Shown here piece by piece: positions 10,456 through 21,102 of a stretch of 64,000 bases of DNA. This DNA comes from an uncultured Gemmatimonadales bacterium (lineage in GTDB: Bacteria > Gemmatimonadota > Gemmatimonadetes > Longimicrobiales > RSA9). The notes beneath the pieces are model-generated. The model was not told the origin of the DNA, searched no databases, and saw only the letters and a program-made list of their open reading frames with translations. A program made the translations under genes and the position numbers. The stretch spans positions 32,001 to 96,000 of the forward strand of contig CAWCRS010000001.1 in the NCBI GenBank assembly GCA_963798085.1, in the 5' to 3' direction. How positions within the stretch are numbered: position 1 is the stretch's first letter; every line of letters begins with the position of its first letter.

Positions 10456-10882
10456 TTCCCCGAAAGAAGTATGGGAGGACTGGTTGACGGAGAGACGCAG
10501 GCCAGCCACCGGCTGCGGTATTCTCCCGTTACTGACGGCCGGCGACCCGGTCGTGGCTGGCCGAATCGAAGAACCCGGAATGGGAGACGACGTCGTCGCC
10601 ATGATTCATCACCATCACAAGATCACGCGGTATGCGACCGGCGCGGACAATGCAGTCGAGCGCTCCCGCGAAGCGGACTGGATCGATGTGACGAGGGCGT
10701 CATGTCGTTCGGTCTGCCGCGCGCCTTCCCGCGTGAAGGGTTCGCGGCCTTCCCCGATGCCGGCTTCCACAGGCAGGTGGTGCAGCTGACTTTTCAAGGC
10801 TGCTGCGCCACCTGCTGAATCCACTGCCCATGTTCCGCTTCTGATGCCTGGCTGCGCTGACCTGCGGTGTTGTAGGACGGAG

Positions 10883-11858
10883 TCAGCGCTGCCACAGCGC
10901 GGACGCCGGGTCGATGCGGGCCGCGCGCCAGCTGGGCAGGCCAGACGCGGCAACGCCCGCGCCGAGCAGCAGCACACTCACGGCAGCCAGTGACAGCACA
11001 TCCGTCGGACTCACGCCGAACAGCATGAAGCGCAGCAGTCGCGTGAGCAGCAGTGCGCCGGCCAGCCCGATGCCGGTGCCCGCCACCATGAGTGCCGTGC
11101 CCTGGCGCATGACGAGGCGGATCACGGACCAGCGATTGGCGCCCAGCGCGATGCGCAGGCCGATCTCCGGTACGCGCTGCACCGCACTGTATGCGACGAC
11201 GCCGTACACACCGCGGACCAAACGGCTGATCGGACCAGCCCGCATTCGCCCACAGCTCGACACTGCCGCGCAGCGTCTGGCCCGGGTGCCAGAAGTCCGC
11301 CGGCATGACGCCAATGATGGTGAACAGATCTTCGTCGATCCTGATCTTGCGACCGATCACGGCGGGATCGCCGCCGAAGCGCCGCTTCCACAGTGCATCG
11401 CTGATCACGGCAGTCAGGCCAATGCCCGGCACGTAGTCGCTCGGCTGGAACGTGCGTCCGATTTCCGCCCTGGCGCCCAGCAGGTCGAAGTAGTTGATGT
11501 CGACGAGCAGCGCCTCGACACGCTCCGGCTCGTTGCCGCCCGTCAGGTTCGCGTCGATCGGGTACACACCGCTGATGCCCGAGAACAGTCCGGGATCGTC
11601 GCGCATGTCGAACAGCTCGAGTGGCGCGAGGCCGGCATCGCGAATCCCAATGCCCGGCATGTCGGCCGTCACGCGCACCAGCGTGCTCTCGTCGCGCACC
11701 GGGAACGGGCGCAGCAGCACGCCATTGATCACCGAGAAGATCGCGCTGTTCGCGCCGATGCCGATGGCCAGGGTGCCTATGCCCAGCAGCGCGAAGCCGG
11801 GGCTCTTCCAGAACGCACGCAGCGCGGCGCGCAGATCCATCGGCAGCAGACGAATCAC
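10883..11858 (-). pseudogene. MacB/FtsX-type ADOP permease with a large internal deletion (junction at about 11213)
   Basis: N-terminal DLRAALRAFWKSPGF..LAIGIGANSAIFSVINGVLLRPFP plus a periplasmic domain, joined out of frame to the last FtsX domain GVYGVVAYS..QRVPEIGLRIALGA...AARIDP. Confidence 0.8.
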
Positions 11859-12084
11859 GTGAGTCTCCTGGCTCGGGGACATTGCACGGTGCAAATGGAA
11901 GTTGTGGGGCGGCTGCGTCGCAACTTCCGGCCGCGACAATGCGGGATTCCCCTTCGTGCCACCAAGCGCAGGGGGCCCGGGTGGCGTCCGGTGCGGGCCG
12001 AGTGGTGCTCCGTGCGGGGCGAGCGGTTCCCCAGGACAGGCGCCCTGGGCGGGGCGAGGTTCCGGGAAGCCTGCTAACGGCCTG

Positions 12085-12360
12085 TCATGGATCGTTGCGC
12101 GCCACAGCCGCGCGCAGGCGTTCGCGCAGACGCTGCTCTACGTCGGCATCGAGCGCGTCCGCTTCCCGCAGCGAGGCGCGGAACGTGCGCATGATGTCGG
12201 CGAACTCGCCGCCGAAGCGCTCGCACCAGTCGCAGCCGCGGACGTGCGCCTCGAGCTGCTGCACGCGTGCCGCCGACAGCTCGCCGTCGACGTACGAGGA
12301 CAGTGCTGCCAGCACCTCGCGGCAGCGCACGCCCGCCACCAGCCGATCCAGCTCAGGCAT
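12085..12360 (-). CDS. Zinc-binding anti-sigma factor (zf-HC2/ZAS)
   Basis: CREV..LSSYVDGELS...HVRGCDWC (HxxxCxxC); overlaps the upstream sigma gene. Confidence 0.88.
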   Translation of the reverse strand: MPELDRLVAGVRCREVLAALSSYVDGELSAARVQQLEAHVRGCDWCERFGGEFADIMRTFRASLREADALDADVEQRLRERLRAAVARNDP

Positions 12361-12925
12361 ACTCCCTTTCCTTGCGGACTTCCGCGGCCAGCCGCAGTCG
12401 CGCCCGATGCAGCCGGCTCTTCATGGCCGCGACGGTCAGGCCGAGCATCGCGGCGACGCTCGCGCCGTCCAGCTCTTCCAGTTCGCGCAGCACGAGGATC
12501 TCGCGGTCTGATGCGGGCAGCCGTGCCAGTGCTGCCTGCAACGCCTCGCGGCGCAAGGTCGCGGACAGCGCCTGCTCGGGATCTTCCGCGCCCCAGCCGG
12601 CATCGAGGCCCAGATCATCGAGCGACACGAAATCGGCGGGCTCGCCGGCGCGGCGACGGCGGGCGTGGCGCGCCGCGTTGCGCGCAATGCCGAGGATCCA
12701 CGCGCGCGGCGGCGCATCACCCCGGTAGTTCGCGCTACTGCGCCAGGCGGCGACGAACGTCTCCTGCAGCGCATCTTCCGCGTCCGCCGCATCCGCCGTG
12801 GATGCACGGAGGAAGCGGAAGACCGCGGCCTGATGCAGCGCGACGAACGCCTCGAACGCACCGCTGTCGCCCGCTGCGCTGCGCCGCAGCAGCTCCACCT
12901 CGCCGGTATGACCCGTGTCCGCCAT
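12353..12925 (-). CDS. ECF RNA polymerase sigma factor
   Basis: GDSGAF, DAEDALQETF..AW, WILGIARN; region 4 KSRLHRARLRL. Confidence 0.92.
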   Translation of the reverse strand: MADTGHTGEVELLRRSAAGDSGAFEAFVALHQAAVFRFLRASTADAADAEDALQETFVAAWRSSANYRGDAPPRAWILGIARNAARHARRRRAGEPADFVSLDDLGLDAGWGAEDPEQALSATLRREALQAALARLPASDREILVLRELEELDGASVAAMLGLTVAAMKSRLHRARLRLAAEVRKEREYA

Positions 12926-13134
12926 CCTCCGCCAGTGCCGATGGACGCGACCTCGCCTGCCGCGACGGCGAGATCGCCCGTCCTGATAACAGGTGCCGGA
13001 ACAACCGCTGCAGGATTCACGGCGCCGGAAACGGGAAGAGCATCGTCGCCTGAATCCCGGACGCGTGCATCCGGCACATACTCCGGGAACCAGGAAGTAA
13101 TGGCAAGTTCAACGACCGTCCGGGGAGCACGACA

Positions 13135-13341
13135 ATGTCAGGCTTTTTCGCCAGGAATGTGGGCGGCGCCGATCGCATGATCCGCGTACTGCTGGGTGTG
13201 GGCGTCCTGTCGCTCTTCTTCATCGGGCCGCAGTCGCCCTGGGCTCTGCTCGGGCTGGTGCCGCTCGTCACGGGGCTGGTGGGCACCTGCCCGCTGTACT
13301 CGCTGCTGCGCATCCGCACGACGCCAGTCGTCACGCACTGA
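13135..13341 (+). CDS. DUF2892/YgaP-like small membrane protein
   Basis: NVGGADRMIR..G, GLVPLVTGLVGTCPLYSLL signature. Confidence 0.9.
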   Translation: MSGFFARNVGGADRMIRVLLGVGVLSLFFIGPQSPWALLGLVPLVTGLVGTCPLYSLLRIRTTPVVTH

Positions 13342-13368
13342 GTGCGCACTGCGTGTCGGCGGGAATTG

Positions 13369-13402
13369 AACGAGGGGCGACACGCTGGCGTCGCCCCTCG
13401 TT
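13369..13402. terminator. Hairpin between convergent genes; probable bidirectional terminator
   Basis: AACGAGGGGCGAC-8 nt-GTCGCCCCTCGTT, perfect 13-bp stem. Confidence 0.7.
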
Positions 13403-13443
13403 GCGTCGCGGTCCTGACTTTCTGTCAGGCTACCTGCCCGCCG

Positions 13444-13734
13444 CTAGATCATGGAGAGTAGTTTCGTGAAGCCATCGGCGTCCCACGCCCGCATCGTGGT
13501 GCTGCGCACGTTGCCGAGTGCCGCGGTGGACAGCGCGAACGCGGCCGCCGCGTCCTCGTTGCCAGCTTCGGAGATGATGACCAGGTCGTACGGTCCCTGT
13601 GTGTAGTACGCGCTGAGCACTTTCATGCCCGCGGCTTGGGCGCTCTGGATGCCGGCCTTCAGACGCTCGGGCGACTGCTTGATGGCGCGCATGCCCTGGT
13701 CCGTGAAGTTGTACAGCGTGACGTACACTGCCAT
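13444..13734 (-). CDS. GYD-domain protein
   Basis: MAVYVTLYNFTDQG...YYTQGPYDLV...GNVRSTTMRA; ATG after GGAGG. Confidence 0.88.
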   Translation of the reverse strand: MAVYVTLYNFTDQGMRAIKQSPERLKAGIQSAQAAGMKVLSAYYTQGPYDLVIISEAGNEDAAAAFALSTAALGNVRSTTMRAWDADGFTKLLSMI

Positions 13735-13878
13735 GAAGGAGCCTCCTGTCTGGGGAGAAACAGGGTGAAAGCGAACGGTAGGCCTCCCGGCTGGCGGCGG
13801 CAAGGGGCGGCCCCACCGGGCACCGCCCCTGTGACTTTTCGCCCGATAACACAATGTCATCAGGCGACGCGCATGGCA

Positions 13879-16800
13879 TCAGTTGCGATGGCCGCTCCCG
13901 TCGCTCACGACCGGCTGCGCGCGATTCGGATAGGGCGGCCGCTTCGGCCTGACCGGAGGATGCTCCTTCAGTTCCTTGAGCACCTCTCTGATGCCCGCCT
14001 CGAGCTGCGGATCGATGCCCTTCGCCAGCTGCGCCGGATCATCCTCGACCTCAATGTCGGGGTCGACGCCGTGGCCCTCGATGATCCACTTGCCATCGGT
14101 GCTGTAGATGGAGAAGCTGGGCGCGGTGACGCCGCCGCCGTCAATGAGCGACGGCTGACCCGAGTAACCGATGAGCCCGCCCCAGGTGCGCTTGCCGATG
14201 AGCGGCCCCACGCCGGCCTGCTTGAACAGGAACGGGAACATGTCGCCGCCGGAGCCGCTCCAGCTGTTGATGAGCATGACCTTGGGGCCCTGCTGTACAC
14301 CCAGCGGCCAGGACCAGTCAATGCCGTCGCGCACGGCCCAGTAGTTCGAGCGCGGGCGGTTCAGCAGCTCGACGAAGCGATCCGGAATCTGGCCGCCGTT
14401 GTTGAAGCGCTCGTCAATGATCAGCGCATCCTTGTCGGTCTGCCCGAAGTACTGGCGCACCAGCTCGGTCTGACCGTCAATGCCCGTGCTGGGCACGAAA
14501 ATGTACCCCACGCGGCCCTGCGTCGCCGAGTCCACGCGCAGGCGGTTGTGGTTGATCCAGGCCAGATTGCGCAGCCGGTACTCACTGGCCAGCGGCGTGA
14601 CTAACACGGTGTGAGATCCCTGCAGCGTGGGGCGGTCGTTGACGGTCAGCGATACGGTCTTGCCGGCCATGCCCTGGAAGGCCGCGTACGGGTCCTGTTT
14701 CACGTCCAGCGGCGTGCCATCCACGGCCAGAATGTAATCCCCTTCCTTCACCTTGATGCCGGGCCGGGCCAGCGGCGAACGCACTTCGCTGTCCCAGGGT
14801 GCGCCGTCGACAATGTGCCTGATGCGGTAGGCGCCATTTTCCAGGGCGAAGTCCGCGCCCAGCAGGCCCACACTGCGCTGTTTCGGCTGGTCGACATCGC
14901 CGCCGCCCTTGTAGGTGTGCGATGAATTCAGCTCGCCGAGCAGCTCGCCGATCACGTAGTTCACGTCATCACGCGTGCGGGCATCCTCGAGCATCCCGCC
15001 ATACCGCTGGCGCATTGCGTTCCAGTCCACGCCGTGCATCTCCGGGTCATAGAAGTAGTCCCGCTCGATGCGCCAGGCGTCATTGAAGATCTGCTTCCAT
15101 TCGGCGCGCGGGTCGACCGTCATCTCGAGTGACGCCGTCGCCAGCGGCTTGTCCAGCTTCTGCTCCGGCTTGATGTCGAGGATGGCGTATTTCGGCCCCT
15201 TCGCCACCAGCAGCTTCTGGCCATTCGCGGAGACCGTGAACGCGTCCGCATCCGCCACGACCGTCTTCTCCTCGCGTTCCTTCAGGTCCCAGTACACGAG
15301 CGCGTTCTTCGTGTCGCTGGCGCCGGTGCGCGGCTGGCGCAGCACCAGCAGCTTGCCGGGCACAGCAAGCAGGCCGGCGTAATTGCCCGGCTCGAGCGGC
15401 AGGATCACGGTGCGGCGTTCCATGTTGTCGAAGTCGATGTTCACGGCCTTCGGCGCAGGCGACGCTGCCGCTGCCGTCTTCGTGCTGTCCGCCGGCGCCT
15501 TCCCTTTCGCCGTGTCCGCGGCGGCCTCTTCGTCGTTGCGCGGCGCCAGCGGCGAGTCGACATCGGTGCGCAGCGGCAGCGCCGCGACTACCGTCGAGTT
15601 AGGATAGATCCAGGTATTGTCCACGTCGCTGTAGACGGGATTGAAGGAGCGGCCCGTGAGGAAATAGAGGTAATTGCCCTCGGGATCGAAGATGGGCTCG
15701 CGCGCGCCGTAGAAGCCGCGCGTCACCTGCTGCGACCTTGCGGTCTGTGTGTCGTAGATGAAGATGGCGGTGGCCGGCTGCTCCAGGTCACGTGCGTACG
15801 ACAGCCAGCGGCTGTCCGCGGACCAGCTCGCCTTGAACGCCTGCAGATTGCCCTCGTAGAAGTAGTTCGCGTGGTCGATCACCTTGTCCGTGCCGCTCGC
15901 GACGTCGACCGTGTGGATGCGCATCGCCTGATCAATGAACGCGACCCGCCTGCTGTCCGGCGACCAGTAGATGTGATAGCGGAAGCCCGGCCCCAGCTTC
16001 GTTACCGTGCGCGGCTCGCCTGTGCCATCCGCGTTTTCCAGAGTCAGCTCGTACTCACCCGTGCGATCGCTGAAGTACGCCACCGACTTGCCATCCGGCG
16101 ACCATGCCGGGAAGCGCTCGGCGGAGCCGGAGCTGTGTGTGAGATCGAGCGTGACGCCATTCTCCGCGGGCAGCGAGAACACATCGCCCCTCGCCTCGAT
16201 CAGCGCGCGCTTGCCTGTGGGCGAAATGTCTCCACCGACAATGAGCGACGCCACGTTCCCGGTGTGCGGGCGCAGTGAAGCCAGGTCGGTAACGACCGTG
16301 ACATCGACGGTCTGCAGCTTCTCCGTTGCCAGGTCCATCAGCCACAGCCTGTCGCCGTTCTCGAACACGATGTCCTGCGGGCCAATGGCCGGGAAGTGCG
16401 TGTCGTAATCCTTGAACGTGGTGACCTGGCGCATGCGGCTGCTGCGCATGTCCATGGCCCAGAGGTTCCAGCGCTGTTCCGGCCCGCGGTCGGAGAGGAA
16501 GTACAGCGTGTCGCCGCGCCACATCGGCTGACTGTAGTTGGCCTGATCATCGACCAGCTTGCGGGCCGTGTTCTTCTGCAGGTCGTAGAGCCACAGTTTG
16601 GGCGCGAGGCCGCCGCGGTAGCGTTTCCAGGTGCGGAAGTCGCGCGTGGCCGGCGTGTAGACGATCTGCTGCCCGTCCCGTGAGAGCGCCCCGAACTCGC
16701 CGTAGGGCATGGGCAGCTGCACCGCCAGCCCGCCGTCCTTCCCCACGCGGAACAGCTTGTTATAGCGATCCTTCTCGCTGGTCATGCTGGATGCGAACAG

Positions 16801-17163
16801 CAGCTGCCTGCCATCCGGATACCAGTCCAGCAGCCGATCCGGGTCGGGATGGTGCGTGATGCGCTCGGGCTCACCGCCCGTGACCGGCATCACATACACA
16901 TCCTGGTTGCCATCATAATCGCCCGTGAAGGCGATGGACTGGCCGTCCGGCGAAAAGCGCGGAAAAGTCTCTTCACCCGGCGGCGAACTCAGGCGCTGTG
17001 CATTGCCGCCGGTCTTCGGTACGATCCAGACATCGCCCGCATAGACGAACACAATGCTGGTGGCGGAGACATCGGGCTGCCGCAGCATGCTTGCATGAAT
17101 TTGCGCGGCGGCTGGCCGGGCCAGGCTCAGGCAGAGTGCGGGGAGAAGCAGTCGAGCACGCAT
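13879..17163 (-). CDS. Tricorn-like S41 peptidase (beta-propellers + PDZ + catalytic domain), secreted
   Basis: 1094 aa; PD40 repeats, WKRYRGG, ELNSSH, IIDERFNNGG, catalytic GSGGD, RTWGG, EGHGVDPD. Confidence 0.93.
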   Translation of the reverse strand: MRARLLLPALCLSLARPAAAQIHASMLRQPDVSATSIVFVYAGDVWIVPKTGGNAQRLSSPPGEETFPRFSPDGQSIAFTGDYDGNQDVYVMPVTGGEPERITHHPDPDRLLDWYPDGRQLLFASSMTSEKDRYNKLFRVGKDGGLAVQLPMPYGEFGALSRDGQQIVYTPATRDFRTWKRYRGGLAPKLWLYDLQKNTARKLVDDQANYSQPMWRGDTLYFLSDRGPEQRWNLWAMDMRSSRMRQVTTFKDYDTHFPAIGPQDIVFENGDRLWLMDLATEKLQTVDVTVVTDLASLRPHTGNVASLIVGGDISPTGKRALIEARGDVFSLPAENGVTLDLTHSSGSAERFPAWSPDGKSVAYFSDRTGEYELTLENADGTGEPRTVTKLGPGFRYHIYWSPDSRRVAFIDQAMRIHTVDVASGTDKVIDHANYFYEGNLQAFKASWSADSRWLSYARDLEQPATAIFIYDTQTARSQQVTRGFYGAREPIFDPEGNYLYFLTGRSFNPVYSDVDNTWIYPNSTVVAALPLRTDVDSPLAPRNDEEAAADTAKGKAPADSTKTAAAASPAPKAVNIDFDNMERRTVILPLEPGNYAGLLAVPGKLLVLRQPRTGASDTKNALVYWDLKEREEKTVVADADAFTVSANGQKLLVAKGPKYAILDIKPEQKLDKPLATASLEMTVDPRAEWKQIFNDAWRIERDYFYDPEMHGVDWNAMRQRYGGMLEDARTRDDVNYVIGELLGELNSSHTYKGGGDVDQPKQRSVGLLGADFALENGAYRIRHIVDGAPWDSEVRSPLARPGIKVKEGDYILAVDGTPLDVKQDPYAAFQGMAGKTVSLTVNDRPTLQGSHTVLVTPLASEYRLRNLAWINHNRLRVDSATQGRVGYIFVPSTGIDGQTELVRQYFGQTDKDALIIDERFNNGGQIPDRFVELLNRPRSNYWAVRDGIDWSWPLGVQQGPKVMLINSWSGSGGDMFPFLFKQAGVGPLIGKRTWGGLIGYSGQPSLIDGGGVTAPSFSIYSTDGKWIIEGHGVDPDIEVEDDPAQLAKGIDPQLEAGIREVLKELKEHPPVRPKRPPYPNRAQPVVSDGSGHRN

Positions 17164-17317
17164 TGCGACCTCGGGAAGCGGGACACATCCGTCGTGGAAT
17201 CCGGCGAGTCAGCCGGGGCTGCAATATGTCGCTTTTGTAGACAGAGTTCCAACCGTTCCGACACGGCCGGAAATCGGGTCGGCCCCGGCCCGTCGGCGTT
17301 CGTCCACAGCGGTGTTG

Positions 17318-18628
17318 TCACTGCTTCGGCCAGGCGATGTGGAAGCGTTTGATGTACTCGATGTCCAGCGAGTCGCGGGCCACGCCCCATGCCTGGTCGC
17401 CACGCGTCTCGCGCAGCGACACGCCTGCGGGGGGCTCGACGCGGCCGAGGTAGCTGCCATCCGACTCGAATACATCGTACACGGTGGGCTCGAGCCAGGT
17501 GAGACGCATGCCACGATTGTGCGTCGTATCGGCCGGGGGCGGAACGTGCTTCGCTTCCGTGTACAGCAGCACCCAGATGCGACCGTCCGCACCCGTGACG
17601 ATGTCCTCGTAGAAGGGCTTGGTGTCGGGGACACCCGGCCCGTTCCAGTTCCAGCCGGGCTGGGTGTGACGCAGACTCGACGTGACCAGGTCCCGCCGTT
17701 CCTGCGCTTCCTCACTGTGCACGGGCGCGGGTGTTGCCTCTTTCTCGATGCGCAGGCGTCTGCCGCCGGGCAGGAATTCGTCGAGGCGATAGTGGCTGGA
17801 AACGCCTGCCACCACAAAGCCGAGCGGGCTGATCGTCCACGATTCCGTGGGGGTGAACGGCACCCAGGCGGATGCTGACGCGTGCTCGCTCTGCGCCAGC
17901 AGTGCGGCCGGCTGGAAGCCGAAGTCCGGCTCGGCAATGGTGTCGATCACCGCACCCGTGGCCGAGAGGTGCAGCCAGCTGCTGACAAACTGTTTGCCCG
18001 GCGACGCCGCGCGCCCCTGGATCATGAGGTAGACGTGGCCTGCCGTGTCGATCTGGATGCCCTTCTGCGAGAACATGCCGCCCGGCTCGCGCCACGTATC
18101 CAGCACTTCGCCGTCCGGCGAGTAGATGGTGAGTCGGCCGGCGGCCGGGTCCCAGGTATAGAGTCTCCCGTCCGGGCGCGTCACCATACCCGTGATCTGG
18201 CGGTACTCGCCCGGTCCGTCGCCGGCGCGGCCGAACTGTTTCACGAACACACCATTAGCATCGTACTTGCGCAATGCGGGCACCTGCTGGTCCCACGCGT
18301 AGATGGAACCGTCCGGCCCCGCGACCACTTCGAACACATACCCGAACTGATAGACCTCTTCGCCTTCGAGCCTGCCAATGCTCAGCTCTTCCGTGAGCGG
18401 CGCCAGCGCCTGGGCTGCGGGCACATCCGCGTTGTGCACAATGATCGTATCGCCCACCGTGTCGCGGCGGGTTGCGCCGGCGGCGCTGCGCGCGGCATCG
18501 CGGCCGCATGCGGTCGCGGCGATGGCCAGGGACGCCGCCACCAGCAATCCCTCCACCGCCCGCGTGCGCACGGCCGCAGCGCCACGCGGTGCACCGGGGA
18601 GCCTGCGGGAACAGGAAGGATGAAGCAT
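17318..18628 (-). CDS. 6-bladed beta-propeller (TolB/NHL-like) lipoprotein; start uncertain
   Basis: Lipobox-like AATAC; FGRAGDGPGEY; YDVF..DGSYLG.V; D.LDIEYI.RF C-terminal signature. Confidence 0.8.
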   Translation of the reverse strand: MLHPSCSRRLPGAPRGAAAVRTRAVEGLLVAASLAIAATACGRDAARSAAGATRRDTVGDTIIVHNADVPAAQALAPLTEELSIGRLEGEEVYQFGYVFEVVAGPDGSIYAWDQQVPALRKYDANGVFVKQFGRAGDGPGEYRQITGMVTRPDGRLYTWDPAAGRLTIYSPDGEVLDTWREPGGMFSQKGIQIDTAGHVYLMIQGRAASPGKQFVSSWLHLSATGAVIDTIAEPDFGFQPAALLAQSEHASASAWVPFTPTESWTISPLGFVVAGVSSHYRLDEFLPGGRRLRIEKEATPAPVHSEEAQERRDLVTSSLRHTQPGWNWNGPGVPDTKPFYEDIVTGADGRIWVLLYTEAKHVPPPADTTHNRGMRLTWLEPTVYDVFESDGSYLGRVEPPAGVSLRETRGDQAWGVARDSLDIEYIKRFHIAWPKQ

Positions 18629-18695
18629 CGGGACGCATGCCGGAGGTGTCATCGTCGCCTGCAATGAGAGCGTCAGTGCAGAGTCCAGCAGCCTT

Positions 18696-19958
18696 TCAGG
18701 AGATACCGCCCACTTCGCCTGTGGTTTCCTGCGTCTGGCCACGGCCCACCAGCGCGGCCGCGGCCAGATCGCCCGTCACGTTCAGCACGGTGGCGAACAG
18801 ATCCGGAATCGCATCCACGGCGATGAGTATGCCGATGCCCTCCGCGGGCAGGCCGATCGCGAGGAACAGCGGCGTCAGCATGAGGAACGCGCCGCGCGGC
18901 ACACCGGGCGCCGCAAAGGCGAGGAACATCGACGCGAACGCCACCGTGGCCAGCTGCGTGAGATGCAAGCTGATGCCGTAGAACCAGCCGATGAAGAGCG
19001 CGCCGATCGTCCACGAGACCGGAGCCGCAATATGGAAGGTGGACACGGCGAGGGGCAGCACGAACCCGGTGATGCGCTCGGGCAGCTTCAGCTCGCGTTC
19101 GCCCGACTCGATGAGCGCCGGCAAGGAAGCGATCGATGAGCTGGAGCTGAAGGCAATGAGCTGGGGCGCCAGCGCGGCGCGCGCCCAGCGGCGCACCGGC
19201 ACGCGTGCGGCCAGTGCAACTGCCGGATACAGCAGCAGGATCACCACAATGCTCGCGACCGAGTAGATCAGAATGTAGATGCCCACCGCGCCGGCCAGGC
19301 CGGCGCCGCCGTGTGCGGCGAGGGGCAGCATCAGGCCGAACACGCCAATGGGTGCGAGCAGGATCACCCAGCGCACCAGCACGAGCATCGCTTCGGCCAG
19401 TGCGCGGAAGAAGCCGGCGAGTGTGTTGCGCGCGGACTCCGGGCTGCGCGCAATGGCGAGTGCCAGCAGCAGCGTGAACAGGATGAGCGGCAGCATGGCG
19501 CCGTTCGCGGCGGCCGCGACCGGGTTCGTAGGAATCAGCGAGGTCAGCCAGCTCGCGAATCCGGTGGGTTGCGTGTTCGCGGCGATTTCGCCGGCCGCCT
19601 CGAGCGCGCCCGCAGGCATGGGCGGCCGGCCCGCGAAATCAGGCAGCATGGCGAACACGGATATGGCGAGCGGCATGATGAACAGCGCGACGCCGCCGAG
19701 CAGCAGCACGAACATGAGCAGCGTTCTGCCGCCCATGCGGCCCACGGCGCGCAGGTCCGCCGCCGAGTTCACACCCGTGATCAGCAGTGACACCACGAGT
19801 GGAATCACGGTCATGCGGATGGCATTGACCCACAGTGTGCCGATGGGCATGAGTGTGTCGGCCGCGTGCAGCAGGCGGGGATTGCCGCTGGCGGCAATGG
19901 CGGCGCCGCCGGCGAGACCGGCGCTCAGCGCCAGCAGCACGCGCGTGCTTTCCTTCAT
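18696..19958 (-). CDS. Dicarboxylate/amino acid:cation symporter (DAACS/SDF family)
   Basis: IRMTVIPLV, IPTNP, SSSSSIASLP, PGVPRG, DAIPDLFATVLNVTGD. Confidence 0.9.
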   Translation of the reverse strand: MKESTRVLLALSAGLAGGAAIAASGNPRLLHAADTLMPIGTLWVNAIRMTVIPLVVSLLITGVNSAADLRAVGRMGGRTLLMFVLLLGGVALFIMPLAISVFAMLPDFAGRPPMPAGALEAAGEIAANTQPTGFASWLTSLIPTNPVAAAANGAMLPLILFTLLLALAIARSPESARNTLAGFFRALAEAMLVLVRWVILLAPIGVFGLMLPLAAHGGAGLAGAVGIYILIYSVASIVVILLLYPAVALAARVPVRRWARAALAPQLIAFSSSSSIASLPALIESGERELKLPERITGFVLPLAVSTFHIAAPVSWTIGALFIGWFYGISLHLTQLATVAFASMFLAFAAPGVPRGAFLMLTPLFLAIGLPAEGIGILIAVDAIPDLFATVLNVTGDLAAAALVGRGQTQETTGEVGGIS

Positions 19959-19961
19959 GCG

Positions 19962-20708
19962 CTACATCATGAGGTCGCCGCCATTGATGTCGAAGCACGC
20001 ACCGGTGATGTAGCCCGCGGCTTCAGAGGCGGCGAAGCAGATGAGGTCCGCGACTTCCAGTGCCGTGCCCAGTCGCGGCACCGGATAACTCGCTGCTACC
20101 CGTTCCAGCACCTCGGCCGACGCGGACTCGCGTGTCAGCTCGGTGTCGATCATGCCCGGGCACACGGCGTTCACGGTGATGCCGTGGCGGCCCAGCTCTT
20201 TCGCGGCGGCGCGCGTCAGGCCCAGCAGCCCCGTCTTCGATGCGGTGTAGTGTGCGCCGCCCAGTGTGCTCACCATGCGGCCGGCGGTGGACGAGATGTT
20301 GATCACGCGGCCGTAGTTCTGCGACTTCATGACCGGCAGCGCCGCCCTCAGCAGAAGGAACGGCGCGGTCAGGTTGGTCTCCTGCGCCCGGCGCCATTCT
20401 TCCGCGCTGATCTGCTCGAAGCGCGTGGTCGGCGCAAACGCCGCGTTATTGACGAGGATATCCAGGCGGCCGAAGTGGTCCACGGTCCGGCGCACGAGGT
20501 CCGCGGGCACGCCTTGCGCGGTGATGTCGCCGGGCGCCGCGAGGGCGCGGTCACCCAGCGCTCGCGCGAGATCCTGTGCGCGCGCGTCGTCGCGTACATT
20601 GACGGCGACCGCAGCGCCACGCTCGAGCAGCCGTTCCGCGGCGGCGCGGCCCAGACCGCGCGCGGCGCCCGTGACCAGCGCGACGCGTCCCGCGAAATCC
20701 TGTGTCAT
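19962..20708 (-). CDS. Short-chain dehydrogenase/reductase (FabG-like)
   Basis: TGAARGLG, LVNNA, YTASK, VNAVCPG, DINGG. Confidence 0.92.
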   Translation of the reverse strand: MTQDFAGRVALVTGAARGLGRAAAERLLERGAAVAVNVRDDARAQDLARALGDRALAAPGDITAQGVPADLVRRTVDHFGRLDILVNNAAFAPTTRFEQISAEEWRRAQETNLTAPFLLLRAALPVMKSQNYGRVINISSTAGRMVSTLGGAHYTASKTGLLGLTRAAAKELGRHGITVNAVCPGMIDTELTRESASAEVLERVAASYPVPRLGTALEVADLICFAASEAAGYITGACFDINGGDLMM

Positions 20709-20869
20709 GCGGCCGCGCTCACAGGCGGGCCGCAGGCGCGAAGCCCGGTCGCGCCCGTGCGCTGCACACTCAACTCTTCGAAGGTGCCCTGGCGCAGCGC
20801 CAGCAGCGGAGGCAACGCGAACACGATGGCTGCGATCAGAGCCGGGACCGCCGGTACCCTGTGGTTCAT
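20705..20869 (-). pseudogene. Short ORF (54 aa) coupled by ATGA overlap to the SDR gene; possible truncated exported protein
   Basis: Manual translation MNHRVPAVPALIAAIVFALPPLLALRQGTFEELSVQR...; signal-like N-terminus. Confidence 0.3.
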
Positions 20870-21102
20870 GAGCACTCACGGTGGTGGGCGTCGGCTGCTC
20901 AGGAGCGTTATTCATAGCCGCCATTCGCCGCCTGCGCCAGCACAGGCAACGCCCCGCGCGCTCTTTGCTGGGAGACGAGCCCTGCTGACCCGCCAGCCGC
21001 GCGACCACTGTCATGCTCGCGGGTTGACGCGCGCGCCCCGGCGCTGTTTCATCCCTGCGTGCCTCGCCCCTTCCACTCCAGTCGCGGGGAATGCGCCCAG
21101 AG

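Noticed and set aside
10455..10880. Remainder of ORF 10259..10789 (including HHHH) and overlapping small ORFs
   Set aside because: No recognisable motif; looks like read-through beyond a truncation junction.
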